From Octopus sinensis (lineage: Eukaryota): DNA of 13,790 nt. Positions 1-8,223 of the stretch are shown here, one piece after another. The stretch covers positions 1 to 13,790 of the forward strand of contig NW_021826071.1 in the NCBI RefSeq assembly GCF_006345805.1, in the 5' to 3' direction. The notes under the pieces are model-generated. The model saw only the letters and a program-made list of their open reading frames with translations. It searched no databases and was not told the DNA's origin. A program made the position numbers and the translations under genes. Within the stretch, counting starts at the first letter, position 1; every line of letters starts with the position of its first letter.

Positions 1-209
1 TATTTTGTCTCGCGTACGCATAGTATCGATCGCAGCAGATGATGTACTTGCGCGTACAAATGCACGTTTCCCACGGCTTTAACGATCGCGTTCTCACATG
101 AAATCGATTTTTTGTAATTTTTTCAAGACTATACACGCCCTGATACCGTCGGTATCTACATATCAAATTGAGCGCAAATCGGATGGAGGATGACCAGATC
201 CTAGAAGAT

Positions 210-241
<32 letters not shown>

Positions 242-255
242 ACGGATTTTATATT
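1..255 (-). mobile_element. 5' portion of a non-autonomous Helitron-like element carrying an internal (CA)n tract; 3' end lies outside the window
   Basis: Minus strand reads ATAAAATCCGTTC-(TG)n-...CCATCCGATTTGCGCTCAATTTGATATG, the layout of microsatellite-bearing non-autonomous Helitron 5' ends. It is CpG-rich relative to its flanks. The 5' TC is not clean and the diagnostic 3' hairpin/CTAG is not visible. Confidence 0.5.
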
Positions 256-274
256 TTATTATATTATATTATAT

Positions 275-307
<33 letters not shown>

Positions 308-308
308 C

Positions 309-341
<33 letters not shown>

Positions 342-345
342 TATT
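256..345. repeat. (ATATT)n grading into (TA)n microsatellite
   Basis: Directly visible tandem repeat. Confidence 0.9.
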
Positions 346-513
346 TAATTTACCATTTAATAAGAGAATGAAAAGTAGAGCCCATCGAAAACTTTAGGAC
401 CTCTGAAGATGAGGGGAGGGAAAGAGAAGGCTACCTACTGATTGGGGACCTGTTCCGAGAATTTAAAGCCAAATGGATTCTAGCAAAGGCAATCCAAAGG
501 CGAGCTAGGTAGT

Positions 514-564
514 GATGTTAAACAGGGCTACATATTAAGTCTACCACTCTTCAACATAATGTTA
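514..564 (+). mobile_element. Short degenerate non-LTR retrotransposon RT motif (possibly RTE-like)
   Basis: Translates DVKQGYILSLPLFNIML, resembling the RT motif GVxQGCILSPLLFNI. The flanks contain stops and cannot be aligned confidently. Confidence 0.45.
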
Positions 565-764
565 ATCAGATAACAGTAACATGGCTTTGGTCAGTGATCG
601 TTACGAGGGTCCAGGATAGAAGTAGAAGATGCGTGGCAATGCTGTACAGTGGAATCGTCTCTGAAACCACTTAGTATGCGATCGAATTTCTGAACCGCAC
701 AGGATCGTCTTTATACATAATTTTCCTTAATGAGGTTTGACCCAGAGCTCACCACCACCACCAC

Positions 765-1100
765 GACCATAAGTCTTTTGTGTGGCACAGAATTAAAAGC
801 CTTTGTAAAGTCCAGTTAAACAACATCCACCCAGGATCCGCGATCAGTGATTTGGGTAATGTCCTCAAGAAACTCGATGCGTTGATTACAGCAGCTGGAG
901 TTAAGAATAAAACCAAATTGTGACGGCTGGATGAGGCTGTGAGACTTCCAGAAGTTCCAGAGGGTTTCCCTGACGCAGGATTCCATGAGTTTGGCGATGC
1001 GGCTAGTAAGACTAACGGGGCGATAGTTGACAGGCGATGTGCGGTCACCTTTTTTGAACAGAGGGATAACACTGGCAGTTTCCCACTGCTCTGGAAACGT
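765..1100 (-). mobile_element. CR1-like LINE reverse transcriptase fragment (N-terminal RT subdomains), pseudogenised
   Basis: A frame absent from the ORF track translates TFPEQWETASVIPLFKKGDRTSPVNYRPVSLTSRIAKLMESCVRETLWNFWKSHSLIQPSQFGFILNSSCCNQRIEFLEDITQITDRGSWVDVV*LDFTKAFNSVPHKRLMV. Hallmark motifs are W..A.V.P.FKKG, NYRPVSLTS, Q.GF and LDF.KAF..VPH. A TAA at 816-818 replaces the usual Tyr of VYLDF. Confidence 0.9.
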
Positions 1101-1445
1101 GATGGCGACGAGGATAACGACAAGAACAACTAACTACAGCAGTAACATCTCTGACGATGATGAATAAGGGAGGACAAGCTCTCTACTTTCTTGGTAACAG
1201 TGACAGCAATAACGACGACAGCAATAACAAGAACAACAAGAATAGAAGGAAGAGCTAACCAGAGCAAAAGCAATACGAGCGACATTAGTAAAAAAACAAA
1301 CAAACCGACAATGATGACGACGGCGGCGGCGCCGACGATGACACTAATAACAAGAACGGCAGGAACACGAGCAACAATAAAAACAACGGCGGTAGCAATA
1401 ACAGCGATGACGACAACAACAGCAACAAAACTAATTATAACTAAC
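1101..1445. repeat. Degenerate trinucleotide low-complexity tract (AAC/GAC/GCA)
   Basis: Decayed ACA/ACG/GCA triplets that explain the Thr-rich 1191..1508 ORF. Confidence 0.65.
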
Positions 1446-1549
1446 GAAACTCTCGTGGTGCTTACTGGTACAGATTTACCGAAAATTAAACAGGATGATC
1501 ATTATTAATAGAACGGAATGTGCACTATTTTCAATGAGTCAAAGTGCGT

Positions 1550-1584
1550 TTCTCTCTCTGTCTCTCTCCCACTGTCTCTCTCTA

Positions 1585-1652
<68 letters not shown>
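1550..1652. repeat. Compound (CT)n-(CTAT)n microsatellite
   Basis: Directly visible. Confidence 0.95.
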
Positions 1653-1653
<1 letters not shown>

Positions 1654-1689
1654 TTCTAGCAGTAGTGGTAGTGGTGGCGTCAATTATCG

Positions 1690-1744
1690 AAGCAGCAGCA
1701 ACAATAGTAGCGGCAGCAGCAGCAGCAGCAGCAGCAGTAGCAGC

Positions 1745-1778
<34 letters not shown>

Positions 1779-1825
1779 TAGTAGTAGTATGGGAAGTAGT
1801 AGTAGTAGTAGTAGTAGTAGTATGG

Positions 1826-1861
<36 letters not shown>

Positions 1862-1980
1862 ATAGTAGTAGTAGTAGATAATGACTGTCGTGGGGTCGGC
1901 AATGATGAAGACGATGATGATAGCCATCAACGTCATCGATCATCGTCGTCGTCGTCATCATCATCATCATCATCGTCATT

Positions 1981-2014
<34 letters not shown>

Positions 2015-2040
2015 CTCTCGTTGGTATCATCATCGTCGTA
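1690..2040. repeat. Compound trinucleotide array (GCA)n-(GTA)n ... (TCG/TCA)n
   Basis: Directly visible; produces the poly-S/V/A/Y/T/L/M ORFs. Confidence 0.95.
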
Positions 2041-2137
2041 GTGAATAAACAAAAGTAGATTGCAATGAAAACACCAGCCTAGAAGCATATAGAGCTTAGA
2101 TTACACACACACATTCGTATGAGCGTATTTGCGTATG

Positions 2138-2138
2138 T

Positions 2139-2208
<70 letters not shown>

Positions 2209-2226
2209 CGTGCGTGTATGTGTGTA
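2138..2226. repeat. (TA)n-(TG)n-(TGCG)n microsatellite
   Basis: Directly visible. Confidence 0.95.
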
Positions 2227-2422
2227 TAATACATCAGAAGAGCACTTAATAAATTGTCCTTGTAAATGTTCCCCTTTACTCTCTTAAGGCCCTGTTGGAA
2301 ACATAAAAGAAGCCATTATTACGACTAATGTCACCACCTTATTTGAGGCCCTAGGCGGAAAGATGAACGAATTTTGAATAATAACAGTATCCCAGCATCC
2401 ATTGGCTCCCCCTCTCACTACT

Positions 2423-2628
2423 TCTCTTTCTCTCTCTCTCTCTCTCTTACATATATATACATATATATATACATACATACATGCATATGTATATATAACA
2501 TATATCTATATAAATATTTATATATATATATACATATATATATCACACACACACACACATATATATAATATATATATATGTATATAAATATATATGTATA
2601 TATATATACATATATATATATGTATGTA

Positions 2629-2671
<43 letters not shown>
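2423..2671. repeat. (CT)n followed by a long degenerate (TA)n/(CA)n microsatellite
   Basis: Directly visible. Confidence 0.9.
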
Positions 2672-2673
<2 letters not shown>

Positions 2674-2681
2674 TTATATAG

Positions 2682-2719
2682 CTGATGATGGTTAGTAAGC
2701 AGAAAATTCGGAATCACTG
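2682..2719 (+). ncRNA. Degenerate hammerhead-ribozyme-like motif
   Basis: CTGATGA-[TGGTT AGT AAGCA]-GAAAATTCGGAATC-ACTG. Stem II has one mismatch, GAAA has an extra A, and stem I cannot form with the TA tract upstream. AATAAA follows at ~2742. Confidence 0.3.
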
Positions 2720-3007
2720 CCATTTCTTTCCTTATGAAACTAATAAACAGGTGATATTTCAGCTTATGTTTAAGTGTTTTGTTATTATTATTTTAATTAA
2801 ATTGGCATAAAAAGATTACAAGATCAGTTCAGTTAATAAATCCCTATTATTTTATACGTATTTTCACATTATTAATTATCAGTAATCGTTCTATAACCGC
2901 GAAACTAAAGACTTAAGTTGCAAGGAATTTCAGTTTCTAATAAGATACATACATCCTACTTTATGTTTTGAGTCCTTTGCCCAGCTTAAAAGTGCAAATG
3001 TCAATAT

Positions 3008-3036
3008 CTTTCTTTCTTTCTCTCTCTCTCTCTGCG

Positions 3037-3106
<70 letters not shown>

Positions 3107-3141
3107 TGTTTGTGTGTATATATGCATGTATGTGTATATAT

Positions 3142-3173
<32 letters not shown>
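3008..3173. repeat. (CT)n-(TA)n-(TG)n compound microsatellite
   Basis: Directly visible. Confidence 0.9.
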
Positions 3174-3243
3174 GTTAAATAAAATGAGACAACAAAACCA
3201 AGGCAATGTGTAATTTTCGAGATATTTATAAAGAGAAATTTAG

Positions 3244-3289
3244 TCTTACAGCTGTTTCTGAGATATTAGGGTTATCCCTTCATCAGAGA
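3244..3289 (-). ncRNA. Candidate minimal type I hammerhead ribozyme (Penelope pLTR type)
   Basis: Minus strand: TCT-CTGATGA-AGGGATAACCCTAATATCTCA-GAAAC-AGCT-GTA^AGA. Stem I is TCT/AGA. Stem II can pair GGGATA/TATCTC with an A.A at its base. Helix III is AC/GT capped by palindromic AGCT. The cleavage triplet is GUA. Confidence 0.6.
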
Positions 3290-3588
3290 TGATGTGAGAA
3301 GATTAAATAGAGGGAAATATTAGAGTTCAATACGAGGAATTATTTTGGAAAAGAAGCAAATAAGGAGTATATAGGGAAATAGGAGAATGAATGTAGAAAT
3401 AAAAATAAGAATGTATAGAGATGTTATAGTTGCAGTTCCATTATCCAAGGAAAGTGGTGTGTAGAATGGGTAGAAAAGCTTCCTGTCCGTGCTATGTAAA
3501 TTCCAATAGTTCATATTTTGTCACCGCAAATGGAAAGTGTAGAGACGTAGATCCATGTGTCACCTAGAGGTCTTCTGGATACCAATAC

Positions 3589-3593
<5 letters not shown>

Positions 3594-3652
<59 letters not shown>
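3594..3652. repeat. (TA)n microsatellite
   Basis: Directly visible. Confidence 0.95.
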
Positions 3653-3654
<2 letters not shown>

Positions 3655-3685
3655 TTTTATTCGACTGTGAGTTTCCAAGGTGCAA

Positions 3686-3997
3686 TACAGCTGTTTCAGA
3701 CGCGTTGTTTTTTATTGATGAATATACCGATTATATCAAGAAAAAAAACCCGCCTCCTTCAGGTTAATTAAAAAACTTAAACCTTAAAATTTAGTTCAGA
3801 AAAATATGGAAAAGATATGGAATGTGTGTTGAATGTATGTTGCCAAAAAGAAAGGATCAACACACATTCCATATTTGATATTTTTCTGAAGCTAATTTTA
3901 AATTTTTAAGTTTTTAATTCATCTGAAGAAAATGTTTTTTTTAATGATGTAATGGGTTTATTTATCAATATAAAAAAACGTGTCCGAAACAGCTGTA
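3686..3997. repeat. 312-bp imperfect foldback (inverted repeat): either inverted Penelope pLTR remnants or a TA-flanked MITE
   Basis: The outer 39 nt of the arms match at 34/39 (TACAGCTGTTTC...). The inner 18 bp are perfect (3815-3832 vs 3857-3874) around a 24-nt spacer. Each arm carries CTGAAG(A/G)...hairpin...GAAACAGCTGTA reading outward. Confidence 0.85.
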
Positions 3998-4020
3998 GGT
4001 GTGTTCCTTCTTGATATATA

Positions 4021-4259
4021 TTCTTTTATTCATTTATTTGTTTCAGTCATTTGACTTCAGCCATACTGGGGCGCTGCCTTTTAGTCGAGCAAATCGACCG
4101 TCAAGACTTATTGTTTGTAAGCCTAGTACTTATTCTATCGGTTCTCTTTTGCCGAGTCACTAAATTACGGGGACGTAAACACACCAGTATCGGTTGTCAA
4201 GTGATGCTGGAGGGACAAGCCCAGACACACACGCACAACAATATATATATATATATATA

Positions 4260-4294
<35 letters not shown>

Positions 4295-4410
4295 CATATA
4301 CGACGGACTGCTTTCAGTCTCCGTCTACAACAAATCCACTCACACGTGGAACTGCCCGGAGCCATGTGCTTGGTAAGTAAGCTACTTACCACACAGCCAC
4401 TCCTGCGCCT
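4021..4410 (-). mobile_element. tRNA-derived SINE (octopus type) with internal (TA)/(TG) microsatellite
   Basis: Head GGCGCAGGAGTGGCTGTGTGG with A-box-like 4389-4399 and a damaged B box. An internal microsatellite lies at ~4225-4300. The 3' tail GGCAGCGCCCCAGTATGGCTGAAGTCAAATGACTGAAACAAATAAA is homologous to 7111-7161. The family is recognised from memory of octopus repeats. Confidence 0.8.
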
Positions 4411-4530
4411 ATATATATTATATATATATATATATATCAAAGAGAGAGAGAGAGAAATATGCATGATCTATATGCATCTCTCTCTCTCTCTCTCTCCTCT
4501 CTCCTCTCTGTATATATATATATATATACT
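4410..4530. repeat. (TA)n-(AG)n-(CT)n-(TA)n compound microsatellite
   Basis: Directly visible. Confidence 0.9.
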
Positions 4531-4869
4531 TTACACACATATTTCATGTACACAGACATGTGTATAGCCATGTCAGTAGATAAACATATTTACGCGCGCA
4601 AACACGCATGCAAACGAATACACTTCACTCACGCCTAACGCACATACATAAACAGAAAACATGCACATGCATATATATATATAGGCTCGCGCATACTCAC
4701 ATACATATATAATATACACCCATTATCCGAGGGAAGTAAGTTAATATGTCTGTTACTAGATATAATTTTTTGCAAGATAGTTTAAACTACAATTTTTATC
4801 AAATCAATATGTTTGCTGGGTATTTATTCCTGCTAATTATTGCGCAGCAAGAATTACCAGCAGACATAC

Positions 4870-5790
4870 ATATTTGATAAAGGAAAATCTCATTAATTTA
4901 TTAATTATTTGAATTTAAAAATAACGATTAACACTAACCTCAAAATAGCTCAGTTTCTTGACATAACATTAATTTTGACGTACAATCACCCCACATTCAC
5001 TTCCTATGGAAAACCTAACGAAAATTCATAGTAAATCCGTAATAATTCAGAATATCAGCCAGCTATCTTATCCACTAATTTTAGACTTCACATATTTGCG
5101 GAAGAGTAAATGCTTGCTTAAGTGAGCAGCAACTGGCATGATGAATATGCATATAATATTGCAGCAGATTATTATAGCAAAGCTCTGACAAGATAAAATA
5201 CACCAGGAACAACAATAACACCAAATGTATCAGAGGAAAACATAAAACGGTATTTAATCCTACTTTCAGTCTAAAAGTGAGCAACTGTCTGCTTCCTCGG
5301 AAAGATTATAAAACTTGTAAATACTCGTATACATTTTCTCCAGTAATCATAGATATTACAAGATATTTGCCGAGTTCTTGTCGAAAATTGGCCAAAGGAA
5401 GCACAATTTTCCCAATGACCTGAATTCTGTTCAACCATATAACTCTATATATACTTCCTGTCTTATGCTCCTAAGTGAACGTTTAACAAATTCTATAGCC
5501 TACTGTAATGAATAGCGAATTTATCAATAATTAACACTTATATTGGCTCTATGTATATTCCGCGAAAGGTGCGATAAAATTAACAAACTTAGAAATCCAG
5601 TCTTAGAAACTCAGTCAGTTGTACAGATAAAACTTTTTCAAGATACATAGAGGATTTAAAAGATAAATTTACCAGTTTCAATATGAAACGAAAAATTTAA
5701 AACAACTATGAACGCCCTATTGAGAACCTACCTTTTTGCAGATATCCATAGTCACTGAAGAACTATAAAATATATCATTACCTGTTTAAT
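4870..5790 (+). mobile_element. Decayed Penelope-like retroelement ORF: RT C-terminus/thumb, linker and GIY-YIG endonuclease
   Basis: 4909-5025 gives LNLKITINTNLKIAQFLDITLILTYNHPTFTSYGKPNEN (cf. GLKITI..NLK.V.FLDVTL.L...Y.KPN). Across frameshifts follow NIAADYYSKAL, KIKYT...TVFNPTFSLKV and SNHRYYKIF. 5533-5550 gives NTYIGS (YIG), then KSSLRN...FSRYIEDLKDK. There are many stops and frameshifts. Confidence 0.75.
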
Positions 5791-6089
5791 TTCATTATAC
5801 AGACTTAGAAAACACACACGTTATGGGGCTTTGTTTTGCCCCATACGTCATGATAAGTGAAAAGAAATCATATTTTTCATCATTTCTCTCTCTTTTACTT
5901 TTGTTTCTCTTGTCTTTACCGCCTCCTTTTCTTATTTCTGCAGCTGCTTCCACTCCACACTTCCCAAATGTATCATTAGATACATTTTTATCCAAACATT
6001 ACTATAAACAGCCAATAAAATCTTATATTTACTTTTACATACCAGTTTACGTGTATACAAGTGAATGTTCAGCACTACATAGGCATATT

Positions 6090-6157
6090 ATCTCTCTCTC
6101 TCTCTCTCTCTCTGTATATATATATTTATATATACACACACATATATGTACCTATCT

Positions 6158-6205
<48 letters not shown>

Positions 6206-6209
6206 GTGT

Positions 6210-6275
<66 letters not shown>
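6090..6275. repeat. (CT)n-(TA)n-(CT)n-(TA)n-(TG)n-(TA)n compound microsatellite
   Basis: Directly visible. Confidence 0.9.
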
Positions 6276-6367
6276 ACGTACTGTTCTGTGATAGAAAATT
6301 CAACAAATTACTCCATTTGACGAGAAGTAAATATTATTTATTTAAAGGTCACAATACATGTATAAAA

Positions 6368-6420
6368 GCGCTACTAACAATTTCGTGTGTTGAGAAAACT
6401 CAGACATATTCTTCAGGCGC
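6368..6420 (-). ncRNA. Candidate type I hammerhead ribozyme, partly decayed
   Basis: Minus strand: GCGC-CTGAAGA-ATATGTCTGAG TTTT CTCAACACAC-GAAA-TTGTTA-GTA^GCGC. Stem I is a perfect 4-bp GCGC/GCGC. Stem II is TGT(C)TGAG/CTCAACA with mismatches at its base. Helix III has A-U, U.G and U-A pairs. Confidence 0.6.
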
Positions 6421-7110
6421 AAACCACATATCATAACGAATTCTAAAAAATTGAATAATACAAGAAACACGAAAAAACCGAGAAAACACCATATAGAAAA
6501 CGCAGAAAGTAAATAACAAAACAGAAAAGCAACAATATCAGAATATCATATAGATCAATTATTGATTTATTGTACGTGGAGAGAGGACAAACTCTCTTGA
6601 ATTCTTGATAATAATTTCAACCGACACCAAATGAGAAAGAAAGTGAAGAACCAAAAACCTCTCCAGTCAAGAATCAAAACTTCCCCGGCAAGAATATTCA
6701 ATAACGGAAAAGACGGCTTCCTTGGTGGAGACCAGAGAAGAGCCCTAAAAACTATTTCTACCGCAATAGGCGTCACCAGCACAGCATTTTTTCTGTCTTA
6801 CTATTTAAACAAAAATACTGGATAAACGTATATGGACAGATTAAGAAAACCGGGTGCGTTTCACAACCACATTGCCAGAATTCCACCCCCTATGAACAGC
6901 GCATGCCGTGTTTATGAGGAACAAACTCTGTTTTTACTATGAAATGCACAGCATTCTTACAAACAGCAAGTGTGTATCTTTCTTAAATTTTATGCAGTAT
7001 TTCGTACCAAACTAATTGGTAATTGGATTATACAAACTTACACACTCACAAGCACAAAAACACACGTATAAATACAAACACCCATACACACACACACATA
7101 TACATACATA

Positions 7111-7161
7111 CTCTTTTACTTGTTTCAGTCATTTGACTGCGGCCATGCTGGAGCACCGCCT
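7111..7161 (-). mobile_element. 3'-tail-only fragment of the SINE family at 4021-4410 (or of its partner LINE)
   Basis: CTCTTTTACTTGTTTCAGTCATTTGACTGCGGCCATGCTGGAGCACCGCCT aligns with 4030-4080. Confidence 0.8.
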
Positions 7162-7214
7162 ATATCTACGTGATTGCCATTCATGTATGTACATACATAC
7201 ATACATACATAAAT

Positions 7215-7245
<31 letters not shown>

Positions 7246-7248
<3 letters not shown>

Positions 7249-8223
7249 GGTATTCAAAAAGTCCCGCAGTGAGCTTTTTTCATTCTGCACATGTGTAACT
7301 TGGCTATCACTGCGTGGGCAACCGGGTGTCAGCCATTATCCCTCAGTCATTGTGTACCCTTCAGCGTGTCGTCATGCCAACCATTGAAGAACGTACGGTT
7401 TTAGTTGAATGGGTGTTTCGACCTGGAAACAAATACACAGATACTGTGAAACAGAAGTTCAGTGAAACTTTTCCAAACACTCTTGTTCCACATCGTGACA
7501 ATGTGCGGGAGTTGATGATAAAATTTAGAAACACAGGCTAAGTAAAGGATCAGTGTACAAGAATCGCCCGAAAACCATTAATGAGTTAAAAGACGCAATC
7601 ATAACCTTCACATGATCCATACCGCGTCAGATTCTCCAAGATGTATTTCAAAACATGTGTAGAAGAGTCAGCTTATGCATTGAAAATGAAGGACGACACT
7701 TTCAACACCTCTTATAAAGTACTAGCAGTATCGCCCGGCGGTGCTCGGGTTTGTTCCGACCCTTTAGAATTGGAATTTTTGAAAAGTAAAAATGTTGCAT
7801 TATGTAGCTTGTTATTCTGTTTAAGTGAACATTTTTTTTGGTTGAAATACAGCGAAAAAATGGCGACACAGCAGTCAAAATATCGTAAAAAATAGGGATT
7901 TTCATAGAAAAAAAAGCACCTTTTTGATGTAAATAATTTTTGGTCTTAACATGGTCCGATTTGAATTTTATCTTCTAGGGAATGAAGAGCAAGCCTTCTT
8001 CTATCATACTCTCAATTTTGATCAACTTGCGCCGCAGGGTATCGGAGGAGATAGTGTTAGTTGACGGCTACCAAACCTGCCATACACAGACAACTTCAGC
8101 TTTATATAAATAGATTTTAAAGTCTTGTAAAGTCTAATATATTCTTACGTAGTATTATATCATCTTATGAATATTTATTTTGCAATAAAATGCATACTGA
8201 GGAGAGACTTTTTGAGCACCCTG
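7246..8223 (+). mobile_element. Internally deleted Tc1/mariner-superfamily element (DUF4817-type N-terminal HTH), interrupted by a Helitron
   Basis: TIRs CAAGGTATTCAAAAAGTCCC (7246) and the reverse complement of the 8223 end, CAGGGTGCTCAAAAAGTCTC, match at 16/20, with TA at 8224-8225. ATG 7374 gives MPTIEERTVLVEWVFRPGNKYTDTVKQKFSETFPNTLVPHRDNVRELMIKFRNTG*VKD. This is joined to the C-terminus VYKNRPKTINELKDAIITFT*SIPRQILQDVFQNMCRRVSLCIENEGRHFQHLL* (7553-7717). The catalytic DDD/E core is absent. Confidence 0.85.
7722..8114 (-). mobile_element. Non-autonomous Helitron (393 bp)
   Basis: Minus strand: 5' A|TCTATTTATATAAAG ... 3' CCCGAGCACCGCCGGG hairpin, 8-nt spacer, CTAG|T. It sits in an AT dinucleotide with no TSD. 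Confidence 0.85.

Noticed and set aside
403-430. CTGAAGA...GAAA as a hammerhead
   Set aside because: No stem II or stem I pairing. The same applies to CTGACGA at 1151, CTGAAGA at ~5756 and CTGAGGA at 8198, the last of which is part of a TIR.
749-1133. ORFs 749..1129(-) and 939..1133(+) as genes
   Set aside because: They are alternative frames of the CR1-like RT fragment; the meaningful frame is a third one broken by a stop.
1191-2041. Thr/Ser/Val/Tyr-rich ORFs as mucin-like or low-complexity proteins
   Set aside because: They are fully explained by di-, tri- and tetranucleotide microsatellites, with no splice or codon-level support.
2240-2960. TAAT-rich unique segments as homeodomain-bound enhancers
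   Set aside because: TAAT is expected at high frequency in AT-rich DNA and cannot be supported without conservation or chromatin data.
5081-5284. Hydrophobic minus-strand ORF as a membrane-protein exon
   Set aside because: It is the antisense of the A-rich Penelope-like coding strand.
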